From: a virus
DNA length: 55,311 nt
Strand: one strand, 5' to 3'
Virus record (IMG/VR): IMGVR_UViG_3300022700_000082
Span: 1 to 55,311 of that record
A program made the translations under genes and the position numbers. The number at the start of each line of letters is the position of its first letter. Within the stretch, counting starts at the first letter, position 1. Below the pieces are notes generated by a model. That model was not told the DNA's origin. It did no database searches and saw nothing but the letters and a program-made list of their open reading frames with translations. Positions 42,644 to 51,649 of this stretch are shown here, in pieces.

Positions 42644-45585
42644 TGTTTTTCGTGTCGCTGCTGGTTTGGGCTGTAACAACGGTGGCCTTCGAACTGATCC
42701 GCCCCAAGCCGAAATTCGAGGATGCCAGGCCGGCAGGACTCGGTGACTTCAACTTTCCGACTGCGACGGAGGGCAGGCCGGTTCCGCTAGTGTGGGGCCG
42801 GGTCAAGCTCAAGGGGCCGAACCTGATCTGGTACGGGAATTTTCGCAAACAGGCGGTCTCCGAAGAGATCAGCACCGGACTCTTTTCGTCGGACACCGTC
42901 ACCACGGCGCATCGTTACTACATAGGCATGCAGTTCGCTCTATGCCTTGGGCAGGTTGATGCACTGCACGGCGTATGGGTGAACGAGAAGCAGGTCTACG
43001 ACGGGGACCTACTTCACGAGGGTCAGGCATCTATTGTCGAAACCGAACTGTTCGGCGGGGAGGAGCATGGGCAGGGCGGTCTGTTTGGCACGATCACCTT
43101 CTATGACGGCCGGTCAGATCAGTCGGCCGATCCGTACATTGCCTCCCAGCAGTCTCCCTCAACGGCCTACCGAGGGACCTGCTACGCGGTCTGGGAGGTG
43201 GACCCAACTCTATCGCTATTTGCTGTACCGGGTCTGGACTGGATCCGCAACAACCTGCAATCCCCATACGCCGGTTGGCTTGGCAACTCGACAAACCTCT
43301 ACCCGTGGGCCTTTGAGGTGTCCAGGATCCCGGACGGCCTGAACATGGCAAGTGCTGATGCCGGAGCGGAAGAACCCAACCCAGGGGACGCCAATCCGAT
43401 CAACGTGCTCTATGAGATCCTGACAAATACGGACTGGGGCCTGTCGATCCCGAGTAGTGATATTGACGTGACGAACTTTCAGGAGGCGGCATCAACCCTG
43501 GCCGACGAGAGTAACGGATTCTCCATGGTACTGGACTCGGAGACGGAGATAACGGAGCTGATCAGTGAGTTGCAGCGGCAGTTCGATGGGTCCCTGTATT
43601 TTGATCGGCCGCAAGGGCAGTGGCGCATCCGACTAGCGCGGGGCGGATACGACGTCGAAACGCTGCCAGTCCTCAACGAAAACACCGTCGCGGATCTGAA
43701 GGAGTTCACGCGGCAGACGTGGGAGGAGACCACTAACCAGGTACGGGTAGCCTTTGTGGACCGTGAGGACAACTACAAGGACACCTTCGCCCTCGCCCAG
43801 GACCCGGCGAACATGGACATACAGGGACAGACCGTGCAAGCCGACGTGCGCTATCCAGGCGTAAAGTCCGCTGGCCTGGCGAACCAGCTTGCTTGGCGAG
43901 ACCTGAAGGCATTGTCATATCCTCTAGCGAAGTGTCGCCTCACCGTCAACCGAACGAGCTGGCAGCTTGCCCCAGGGTCCTTGTTCCGTCTTGACTGGGA
44001 TCGTCTCGGACTATCGAGTGTGGTCATGCGGGTTATGAAGATCAACTATGGGAACCCGAGCGAGTCTATTATCACGATCGATGCGGTGCAGGACATCTTC
44101 GCGGCGGAGACCGCAGTCTACGGGGACCCGCTCGGCACCGGCTGGGCCGAGCCAACTGTGGATCCAGAAGCACCTACTGTCGGAGAGTCCTTGATTTTCG
44201 AGGCACCGCGCCAGATGGTACAGCAGGACCCCTGGAACCCGAGCCGGCAGATTCGGATCTGGATGGGCGCGCAGGACCCCGGCGGGGGGACCATGCTGCT
44301 CCAGTCCTATATTCGAGCTGGATCCTCGCAGCCTTTGACAAACGACTATGCCGCTGATGCAATGGTGCCCGCCTTCATGCCCACAGGGACCTTGGTTAGT
44401 GGGCTGGCCGCCTACGGCTCCAGTAGTGCTCGTCCGGATACCAGCTACACGATAGACGTGAATGTGGAGTCGGGGGGGCTGGATCGTATTGTGGTAGACG
44501 GCGACAGTCAGTTGGTATCGTCGCTGGCGTCCATCGCATATATTGATGGTGAGTTTATCGGCTACGAACAGGCGGCGGATCTTGGAGGTGGCACCTATCG
44601 CCTTTCACGCCTACACAGAGGTCTCTTCAATTCGGCACCAAAAGACCACGATGCATCCACACGGGTCTGGTTCATCTCGCAGGGCGGCAATCTCTCGCGA
44701 CTGCTTATTTATTCGGATCAGGATGAGGCGGACGTACAGCTGCGAGGTGTTAGCCCAAACGGAACGGAGACTGATGAGGCTACAACACCCGAACTGGATA
44801 TCCACATCGACCGCATTTACTACGCTCCATTGGCGCCCCGGGATCCTTATCTGAACGATGTCTACGCTGACCAGACGGTCGGTCTTGACGTGCAGTACAC
44901 AGCCGAAACTGGCCTCACTGGTGAGGATGCAAGGGCGCTGAAGGTACAGGTTTCTGCGCGCGACTGGAACATTGCCGATCCGGTTGCGGACGCAGACGTA
45001 GGCGCCATCTGGGACCAGGAAAGCCCGGAGTTTGACATTCAGCTAACGCTCGATCCCGATATCGTCGTGGGCCCCTACACGATTGATGACCTGAGCGAGA
45101 CTCCGACCGCCTACGTCCTGCGGAACGATGTCATCCTGGCTGTCGGCGCGAATGCTTCGATACCGACCACTGGCCTGATTTCCGTGACCGCGCGGCATAC
45201 CTACAATGCGACGGTCTATACCTGCCCGGTGGACATGGAGCTGGACCTGACAGACATATCCTCATCGCTCCAGGGGAGCGATGACCTAACGCACGGGGCC
45301 GTGGACGATGGGACCTCGCCCAACGTGGTCGAGTATGGTGAGACCGGAAGCTACAGCTTCGATATCGGGAGTCCACTGCCCAGTTCGGGTGTCCTGGAAG
45401 GTCGAATCAACGGGGGCAGCTGGGAGACAATCATCTCAGCCGGGAACTCGACGGGGCCATTGGCGGTTAACTCCGGGGACGACGTCGAGCTGCGCTGGCA
45501 GACGGGCGCCCCACCGACCGGCGGCCAGTTCGTCGACATTACCGGACCCACGGCCGAACGCGGCTACGGCGTCCTTACCCCATAG
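42643..45585 (+). CDS. host-specificity / central tail fibre protein (lambda J / GTA-type)
   Basis: 980 aa. N-terminus is PKPKFEDARPAGLGDFNFPTATEGRPVPLVWGRVKLKGPNLIWYGNF, typical of J-like proteins. Confidence 0.75.
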   Translation: MFFVSLLVWAVTTVAFELIRPKPKFEDARPAGLGDFNFPTATEGRPVPLVWGRVKLKGPNLIWYGNFRKQAVSEEISTGLFSSDTVTTAHRYYIGMQFALCLGQVDALHGVWVNEKQVYDGDLLHEGQASIVETELFGGEEHGQGGLFGTITFYDGRSDQSADPYIASQQSPSTAYRGTCYAVWEVDPTLSLFAVPGLDWIRNNLQSPYAGWLGNSTNLYPWAFEVSRIPDGLNMASADAGAEEPNPGDANPINVLYEILTNTDWGLSIPSSDIDVTNFQEAASTLADESNGFSMVLDSETEITELISELQRQFDGSLYFDRPQGQWRIRLARGGYDVETLPVLNENTVADLKEFTRQTWEETTNQVRVAFVDREDNYKDTFALAQDPANMDIQGQTVQADVRYPGVKSAGLANQLAWRDLKALSYPLAKCRLTVNRTSWQLAPGSLFRLDWDRLGLSSVVMRVMKINYGNPSESIITIDAVQDIFAAETAVYGDPLGTGWAEPTVDPEAPTVGESLIFEAPRQMVQQDPWNPSRQIRIWMGAQDPGGGTMLLQSYIRAGSSQPLTNDYAADAMVPAFMPTGTLVSGLAAYGSSSARPDTSYTIDVNVESGGLDRIVVDGDSQLVSSLASIAYIDGEFIGYEQAADLGGGTYRLSRLHRGLFNSAPKDHDASTRVWFISQGGNLSRLLIYSDQDEADVQLRGVSPNGTETDEATTPELDIHIDRIYYAPLAPRDPYLNDVYADQTVGLDVQYTAETGLTGEDARALKVQVSARDWNIADPVADADVGAIWDQESPEFDIQLTLDPDIVVGPYTIDDLSETPTAYVLRNDVILAVGANASIPTTGLISVTARHTYNATVYTCPVDMELDLTDISSSLQGSDDLTHGAVDDGTSPNVVEYGETGSYSFDIGSPLPSSGVLEGRINGGSWETIISAGNSTGPLAVNSGDDVELRWQTGAPPTGGQFVDITGPTAERGYGVLTP

Positions 45586-45594
45586 GAGGGTACG

Positions 45595-45810
45595 ATGACC
45601 GAAGTGACCCAGAAACACAGCTGGAAGTACCGGAGGCGGTTCATGTTCGTTGTGTCGGCGTTCGCCGGCGCCCTGACCCTGCTGGCCCTGCTCGTTCGGC
45701 CTGACGCGCCTGTGGCCGGCACGTCGATCACAGGCGGCCTGGCGCTGCTGGGTTCGATCGTCGGCTGCTACGTCTTCGGCGCGACCTGGGATGATAAAGG
45801 CAGGTCGTAG
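45595..45810 (+). CDS. two-TM membrane protein (holin candidate)
   Basis: FMFVVSAFAGALTLLALLV and GGLALLGSIVGCYVFGA hydrophobic segments. Lies directly upstream of the spanin-like pair. Confidence 0.5.
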   Translation: MTEVTQKHSWKYRRRFMFVVSAFAGALTLLALLVRPDAPVAGTSITGGLALLGSIVGCYVFGATWDDKGRS

Positions 45811-45811
45811 C

Positions 45812-46342
45812 ATGTTGGCGTTCCTCACGCGGAAGCCCGTCATCATCGGCCTCGCGGCCGTCGTCCTGGCCACCTCCATCGGCCTCGGCTACCATCACTA
45901 CACTGGGCTCTTGGCCCGTGTCGAGACCCTCCAGGCGGAAACGTCCACCCTGCGTTTGGGGCTGGACACCGAGCGGGAGGCCGTGGTACAATTGCAGGAC
46001 GTGATCAAGGATTGGGAGGAGACCCAGGCCGATCTTCTCGAACGGGTCAAGGAGATGCAGGATGAAGCGAACGAAGCACGCGCGGAGACGCGGCGCCTTC
46101 GGCAGCTGTTCGCGGAGCTGGACTTTCATGCGATGGCTCCCGCTGCTATTGATTCTGTCGCTGACGCCACTACTGATCGGCTGTGGCGCCTCATACACAC
46201 CGCCACCGATCCAGGTGGATACGGTGCAGGCGGAGCGGCCGCTGGCGAAGCCTCCCCTTCCGTATCCGGAGCCGGTGGACCTTCTGCCGGTGGACTGGAC
46301 GGTGATCGAGACCCCGAACGGGCCGGCGATCGCCTTGACTGA
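45812..46342 (+). CDS. i-spanin candidate (N-terminal TM + coiled coil)
   Basis: TM segment KPVIIGLAAVVLATSIGLGY, then the heptad-like LLARVETLQAETSTLRLGLDTEREAVVQLQDVIKDWEETQADLLERVKEMQDEANEARAETRRLRQLF. Confidence 0.55.
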   Translation: MLAFLTRKPVIIGLAAVVLATSIGLGYHHYTGLLARVETLQAETSTLRLGLDTEREAVVQLQDVIKDWEETQADLLERVKEMQDEANEARAETRRLRQLFAELDFHAMAPAAIDSVADATTDRLWRLIHTATDPGGYGAGGAAAGEASPSVSGAGGPSAGGLDGDRDPERAGDRLD

Positions 46343-46436
46343 GGACCAGTTCAAGGATCTCGCCCAGAACCTGGCCGAGATCCTACGATGGATCCAGGAG
46401 GCCGCATGGAGGCTGCAATACTATGGCTCCCCGTGA
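46128..46436 (+). CDS. lipoprotein, o-spanin candidate, overlapping the i-spanin gene out of frame
   Basis: MRWLPLLLILSLTPLLIGC has a lipobox (LIGC), followed by a Pro-rich stretch. It starts inside 45812..46342 and extends beyond it. Confidence 0.5.
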   Translation: MRWLPLLLILSLTPLLIGCGASYTPPPIQVDTVQAERPLAKPPLPYPEPVDLLPVDWTVIETPNGPAIALTEDQFKDLAQNLAEILRWIQEAAWRLQYYGSP

Positions 46437-46725
46437 CGATAACCTCTACATCAACTGCCCGCTCTACGGCGAGCATCAGAAGTACCTGACCCGCGAGGAT
46501 GTGAATGTAGTCGTCCGCCAAACCGTGAGGGAGACGCTAACATCGATGGGCATCGACGCAGCGGACCCGCTAGAGATGCAGCGCGACTTCCAAACTCTCA
46601 GAGACTGGCGCCGCGCGAGCAACGCCGTCAGGTCGAAAGGTCTGCTGACCCTGATCAGCATCCTGACGGCCGGGCTGATCGGCGCCCTCTGGATCGGAGT
46701 GAGAAGTGTCATCGGCAAACCGTAG
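46423..46725 (+). CDS. hypothetical protein with C-terminal TM anchor (100 aa)
   Basis: GLLTLISILTAGLIGALWIGV lies at the C-terminus. Confidence 0.5.
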   Translation: MAPRDDNLYINCPLYGEHQKYLTREDVNVVVRQTVRETLTSMGIDAADPLEMQRDFQTLRDWRRASNAVRSKGLLTLISILTAGLIGALWIGVRSVIGKP

Positions 46726-48358
46726 CCCCGAGGAGATCGCGGCCCGCACCGAGCAGGTCCGCGAGGCTTACGAGCGCCTGCACTCCTGGAGAGCCGTCGC
46801 CCGCGAACTGGGCTGGGCCCGCTCGACCGTCTACTACTACCAGCGGAAGCTCGGCGAGACCCCGCTGCCCGTCGTCGGCGGTGAGGTCCACGCCAGGTCC
46901 GCGAAGAAGATGGCCCTGCCCAAGCGGGGCGATGTCCGCAGGTACATCCTGACCTGCGCTCAGAACAACACGCACCACCACCCGGACGCCTGGGCGAACC
47001 TGATCGCCCTCGCCGAGCACCTGAACGCCGAGATCCTGATCTCCCGCTTCGCCTACAACACGCAGGCGTGGGGCCAGGGGCGGAACGAGAAGCCGACCGT
47101 CGCCCCACGCCTGCGCGGCTCGTTCGAGCCCGAGGATCTCTGGTATGACGAGGAACTCGCGGACCACGTCTTCGACGACCGCGTAGAGCTGGCCCCCGGC
47201 CTGGTGTTCTGCGGCGAGGCGAACATCTCGCCGACCGCCGTCCGACCCCTGTCCGGGCTCGAAGGCTACACCGGCCGCTCGTCCGCGATCTTCCCTCACC
47301 CCAAGATCGCGATGGAGTCCGTCGCGTCCGGGAAGTACGAGGGCGTGAAGCTCCTGTTCACGACGGGCGCGATCACCCAGCGGAACTACATCAAGCGGAA
47401 GGCCGGGCTGAAGGCCGAGTTCCATCACTGCTACGGCGGCCTGCTGGTCGAGGTCAACGACCACGGCACCTGGTTCGTCCGGCAGCTGAACGCCTCGGCC
47501 CACGACGGGACGATCTACGACCTGGACCTCTGCGCCCAGGACGGCGAGGTCACCGGCGGCCACCGCGTGAAGGCTATCACCTTCGGCGACGTCCACGCGG
47601 CGCAGGTCGACCCCGGCGTGGCGAAGCTGGGCTGGGGCGACGGCGGGATGATCGACGTCCTCCGGCCGGAGGAAGTCCACCTTCACGACCTGCTCGACTT
47701 TCGCGCGCGGAACCACCACGACCGGGGAAACTGCCATCTGAACTTCCGGAAGTTCATCGACGGCCTGGACAACGTCCAGGAGGAGATCGAGGGCTGCGTT
47801 CGGCTGGTTGCAGATATGCAGCGCGCCGATTGCAAGGTGGTCGTCATCCAGTCGAACCACGACAACGCCCTGACCCGCTGGCTGCGCGAAAGCGACTACC
47901 GGCAGGATCCGACGAACGCCCTGATCTTCCTGAAGTGCCAGGCCCGCGTCTACGAGTCGATCGCCCGCCAGGAGAAGGGCTTCCATCTCCTGGAGTGGAT
48001 CATGCAGCAGCTGGGGACGGACCGCGAGGTCGAGTTCCTGCGGAAGGACCAGTCCTACATCCTCTGCAAGGACCGCTCCGGCGGGATCGAGTGCGGGATG
48101 CATGGGCACAACGGACCGAACGGAACGAAGGGGAGCCCCTGGGCTTTCCGGAAGATGGGACGGAAGGCGAACCTAGGCCACTCGCACTCGGCCGGGATCG
48201 TCGACGGCGTCTACGTCGCGGGAACCAGCTCGAGGCTGGACTGCGGCTACAACGTCGGGCCCAGTAGCTGGACCCACTCGCACATCGTGACCTACCCCAA
48301 CGGGAAGCGCGCGATTGTGACGATGTACGGGGATCACTGGCGGGCCGAATATGCTTGA
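46706..48358 (+). CDS. HTH domain + calcineurin-like metallophosphoesterase (Mre11/SbcD-like nuclease or phosphatase) fusion
   Basis: HTH WRAVARELGWARSTVYYYQRK. MPE motifs: FGDVH (I), HLHDLLD (II), QSNHD (III), GMHGH (IV), GHSHS (V). GTG start. Confidence 0.65.
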   Translation: MSSANRSPEEIAARTEQVREAYERLHSWRAVARELGWARSTVYYYQRKLGETPLPVVGGEVHARSAKKMALPKRGDVRRYILTCAQNNTHHHPDAWANLIALAEHLNAEILISRFAYNTQAWGQGRNEKPTVAPRLRGSFEPEDLWYDEELADHVFDDRVELAPGLVFCGEANISPTAVRPLSGLEGYTGRSSAIFPHPKIAMESVASGKYEGVKLLFTTGAITQRNYIKRKAGLKAEFHHCYGGLLVEVNDHGTWFVRQLNASAHDGTIYDLDLCAQDGEVTGGHRVKAITFGDVHAAQVDPGVAKLGWGDGGMIDVLRPEEVHLHDLLDFRARNHHDRGNCHLNFRKFIDGLDNVQEEIEGCVRLVADMQRADCKVVVIQSNHDNALTRWLRESDYRQDPTNALIFLKCQARVYESIARQEKGFHLLEWIMQQLGTDREVEFLRKDQSYILCKDRSGGIECGMHGHNGPNGTKGSPWAFRKMGRKANLGHSHSAGIVDGVYVAGTSSRLDCGYNVGPSSWTHSHIVTYPNGKRAIVTMYGDHWRAEYA

Positions 48359-48383
48359 CTACGCACCGCAGACCTGCTACAAT
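48355..48383 (+). promoter_or_regulatory. sigma70-type promoter TTGACT-N17-TACAAT
   Basis: -35 at 48355-48360 (overlapping the stop of the upstream gene) and -10 at 48378-48383. Confidence 0.6.
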
Positions 48384-48397
48384 TCTAGTGAGTCGCA

Positions 48398-48446
48398 GCG
48401 GCCCTGATCGGCCGCATGAGCCGGGGCGGATTTAGTCCCCGCCCCG
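48398..48446 (+). other. two GC hairpins in the ~80-nt leader between the promoter and the SD of 48464
   Basis: GCGGCC-ctgatc-GGCCGC (48398-48415) and CGGGGCGG-N9-CCGCCCCG (48422-48446). Confidence 0.5.
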
Positions 48447-48463
48447 TCAACCGAGGAGCAATA

Positions 48464-48694
48464 ATGATTCAGGACCCCGAAGGGCTGACCGTCCGCAGCG
48501 CGCGCGACGGAGGCTTCATTGTCGAGGACGAGGACTACGACGAGGTCTTCTGCATCGACCCGAACGTGGAACTGGCAGACCTAATCCGCCAGATCGTCGA
48601 GATCTACAACAAAGGCTACCGGCTGGGCCTGGGCCGAGGACGCTGTGACCTGAAGGACGATTTCCGGCGGCTGATGGGAGTGCCCAGGACATGA
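48464..48694 (+). CDS. hypothetical protein (76 aa)
   Basis: GAGGAG SD before the ATG at 48464. The ORF's first ATG at 48416 lies inside the hairpin leader. Confidence 0.5.
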   Translation: MIQDPEGLTVRSARDGGFIVEDEDYDEVFCIDPNVELADLIRQIVEIYNKGYRLGLGRGRCDLKDDFRRLMGVPRT

Positions 48695-51102
48695 GCTACC
48701 AGTATCGGGTGAAGCCCTTCGACCACCAGCGCCGCGTCTTCGAGGCGACCTGGGACCGCCCGGCGTTCGGGCTGTTCTGGGAGCAGGGCTGTGTCGATGC
48801 TGATACCGAGTACCTGTCACCGCGCGGGTGGCGGCGCATCGCTGATTACGATGGCGGCCTGGTTGCCCAGTGGGTCCCCGAGACCGGGCTGGCGAAGTTC
48901 GTCAAGCCTCTGGACTACGTCGTAGGGCCCTGCGAGGAGATGCTGCACTTCACCGGCCGGGGCGTGGATCAGATGCTGACCACCGGCCACCGAATGGCCA
49001 CGCTGACCAAGCATGGCAGCCAGCATGATGTGAAAACAGCGCTCGACGTGGCAGAATCCTTGTGGGCAGCACCCGCTGCGATGCAGCACCTTCCGGCGCG
49101 GTTCGTTATGAACATGCCCGGCAGTGGTATCCCTTTGACGGACATCGAGCTGCGTCTCCAAGTGGCAGTGATAGCCGACGGTCACTTCCCGGCAAACTGC
49201 CGCACGAACCGTGTCACGATTCGCCTGAAGAAGGCCCGCAAGATCGAGCGGCTGCGGCTGCTACTACAAGGGCGGGATGACGTCTACGAGCGCACCTCTG
49301 GCGACTTTGTAGTCTTCATCTTCACTGCCCCCTCGCGAGTCAAGAAGTACCCCGCCTCCTGGTGGACTGAGCTGAACAACCACCAGCGCGACGTTATCCT
49401 GGACGAGGTCTGGGAGTGGGACGGCTCATCGGTGGCGGGCCGAGAGCATCGCGTCTTCTCCCGGCATGAGTCGGATGCCGACTTGATCCAGTTTCTCCTG
49501 GGCACCACGGGCAGGATCGCAAGCAAGAGCTTCAGTAGTGGGGTCTGGTGTGTCAGGGTCCGCTGGTCTCGCACGAACGGTTACTGGTTGCGAGGACAGA
49601 ACGTGAAGCGGGTCCCGGCACCGGGAGGCAAGAAATACTGCTTCAGCGTGCCGAGCACATTCCTATTACTGCGCCGCAACGGCTATATCTTCCCGACCGG
49701 GAACACCGGGAAGACGAAGGCGATCATTGACACGGCGGCGTACCTCTACGAGCAGGGCGAGATTGACACCGTCGTGATCATCGCCCCGAAGGGCGTGCAT
49801 CGGAACTGGATCACCGATGAGATCCCGATCCACATGCCCAAGCGGCACGCGAAGTGGACGCGCCTCCTCTGCTGGGACTCGGGCCGCTCCGGGAAGTGGT
49901 GGACGAAGAAGCCGGCGGTCAGATTCTATGCGAACAAGGTCCGCGAGTTCGTCGAGCACGACGGCCTCCGGATCGTCGCGCTGAACTACGAGTCCACCTT
50001 GACCGACGCCGGCGAGCACCTGCTGAAGGAGATGTTTGTGGACCACGACGTCCTTCTGGTTTTCGATGAGTCACACTACCTGAAGACCCCACGGGCCCGG
50101 CGGACGATGCGGGCCCACGCCCTGGGGCGGCGTGCGAAATTCGTCCGCATCCTAACAGGGACCCCGATCGCGAAATCTCCCTTCGACGCCTACGCGCAGA
50201 TGAAGTGCCTGGATGAAAACTTCTGGAAGCAGCACGGCTTCCCGCGCTTCGAGCACTTTAAGACGCACTTCGGGATCTTCCAGAAGTTCGTGAACGGCGG
50301 GACCGGCCAGCAGTTCGAGACCTGCGTCGGCTACCGGCACCTCGACCAGCTCAAGGAAATGATCGACCCGGTCACCGACCGGGTTACAAAGGACGACGTT
50401 CTCGACCTTCCGCCCAAGCTATACCAGCGGCGATTCTTCGAGCTGACGACGGAGCAGCGCAGCGTATACAAGCAAGTCAAAGAGCAGTCGATGGCATTCC
50501 TCGAACGCGGCGACACCGTGACCGCGCCCCTGGCTCTCGTGCAGCTGCTACGGCTGCAACAAATCACCTGCGGATTTGTGCCGACCGACGACGGCGAGAT
50601 GGAGGAGTTCGACGGAGCAAACCCGCGACTGGACATCCTGGACGAAATCTGCAGCAGCCTCGACCACCCGGCGATTATCTGGGCCCGTTTCCGGCGGGAG
50701 ATCGACCTGATCATGAAGCGGCTCGGCGACAAGGCCGTCCGTTATGATGGCGGCAGACGCGACGACGAACGCGCCGAAGCGAAGCGCGCCTTCCAGGCGG
50801 GGGAGAAACAATTATTCGTGGGCAACCCAGCGGCGGGCGCGACTGGGCTGACACTGACTGCAGCGAAGACGGTCATCTACTGCTCGAACAGCTTTAATCT
50901 TACCGACAGACTCCAGTCGGAAGACCGGGCCCACCGTATCGGACAAGAGGGGGCACCGGGCAAGGACGGCGAAGAGAACCGCGTCCTCTACATTGACCTG
51001 ATCGCCCCTGGCACCGTCGACGAGCATATCGTCCGGGCTCTGCGAGACAAGAGGGACATTGCCAGCACCCTGACGGGCGATGAACTGAAGGAGTGGATCT
51101 GA
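48691..51102 (+). CDS. SNF2-family (SF2) helicase interrupted by an intein in the Walker A motif
   Basis: Extein motifs: FWEQG/TGKTKAI (motif I, split), VVIIAPKGVHRNW (Ia), LVFDESHYLK (II), ILTGTPIAKSPFD (III), HRIGQ (VI). 803 aa, or 498 aa without the insert. Confidence 0.85.
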   Translation: MSYQYRVKPFDHQRRVFEATWDRPAFGLFWEQGCVDADTEYLSPRGWRRIADYDGGLVAQWVPETGLAKFVKPLDYVVGPCEEMLHFTGRGVDQMLTTGHRMATLTKHGSQHDVKTALDVAESLWAAPAAMQHLPARFVMNMPGSGIPLTDIELRLQVAVIADGHFPANCRTNRVTIRLKKARKIERLRLLLQGRDDVYERTSGDFVVFIFTAPSRVKKYPASWWTELNNHQRDVILDEVWEWDGSSVAGREHRVFSRHESDADLIQFLLGTTGRIASKSFSSGVWCVRVRWSRTNGYWLRGQNVKRVPAPGGKKYCFSVPSTFLLLRRNGYIFPTGNTGKTKAIIDTAAYLYEQGEIDTVVIIAPKGVHRNWITDEIPIHMPKRHAKWTRLLCWDSGRSGKWWTKKPAVRFYANKVREFVEHDGLRIVALNYESTLTDAGEHLLKEMFVDHDVLLVFDESHYLKTPRARRTMRAHALGRRAKFVRILTGTPIAKSPFDAYAQMKCLDENFWKQHGFPRFEHFKTHFGIFQKFVNGGTGQQFETCVGYRHLDQLKEMIDPVTDRVTKDDVLDLPPKLYQRRFFELTTEQRSVYKQVKEQSMAFLERGDTVTAPLALVQLLRLQQITCGFVPTDDGEMEEFDGANPRLDILDEICSSLDHPAIIWARFRREIDLIMKRLGDKAVRYDGGRRDDERAEAKRAFQAGEKQLFVGNPAAGATGLTLTAAKTVIYCSNSFNLTDRLQSEDRAHRIGQEGAPGKDGEENRVLYIDLIAPGTVDEHIVRALRDKRDIASTLTGDELKEWI
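48790..49704 (+). mobile_element. intein (305 aa) with LAGLIDADG-like endonuclease region, inserted between EQG and TGKT of the helicase P-loop
   Basis: Block A CVDADTEYLSPRGWRRIADY (Cys1) and TxxH block LTTGHRM. LAGLIDADG-like motifs LQVAVIADGHF and VILDEVWEWDGS. C-terminus is ...KKYCFSVPSTFLLLRRNGYIFPTGN, followed by the +1 Thr. Confidence 0.75.
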
Positions 51103-51635
51103 TGCACGATTACAGCGACTACATCGACCGACCGCAGAGCGAAGACGCCCTGGCCGAGCTGGCCCGGCTGGCCGACGCCCAGCTGGAGGCCCATAAGGCC
51201 GTGGCTCGCGCCGAGGTCGAACTGACGAAGCGCGAGAGGGAGCTGCGCGACATCGCCGAGGTCGCGATCCCGGAACTGATGGAGGAGATGGGGATCGAGA
51301 CGTTCACGACGACCAGCGGCGTGAAGATCAGCGTGAAGGAACAGATCCGCGCCAACATCCTGGCCGCGAACCGGGGCGCCGCGTTCCGGTGGCTCCGGGA
51401 CAACGGTCACGCGGCCCTGATCAAGCGCGAGGTAAAGGTCGCGTTCGGGATGGGCGAGGACGAGCTGGCCCAGGAGACGATCGACAAGTTGGGTGACCTG
51501 CCGGTCGAGGACAAGAGCAGCGTTCACCCATCCACCCTGAAGAAGTTCGTTAGCGACCGTCTGGCCGACGGGAAGGACGTCCCCGAGGACGTCTTCTCGA
51601 TCCACCGCCAGCGGGTCGCTGCGATCAAGGTCTGA
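51102..51635 (+). CDS. hypothetical protein (177 aa), N-terminal coiled coil
   Basis: The ATG at 51102 shares 1 nt with the helicase stop. No motif assigned. Confidence 0.55.
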   Translation: MHDYSDYIDRPQSEDALAELARLADAQLEAHKAVARAEVELTKRERELRDIAEVAIPELMEEMGIETFTTTSGVKISVKEQIRANILAANRGAAFRWLRDNGHAALIKREVKVAFGMGEDELAQETIDKLGDLPVEDKSSVHPSTLKKFVSDRLADGKDVPEDVFSIHRQRVAAIKV

Positions 51636-51649
51636 GAGGAGAACCGCAC

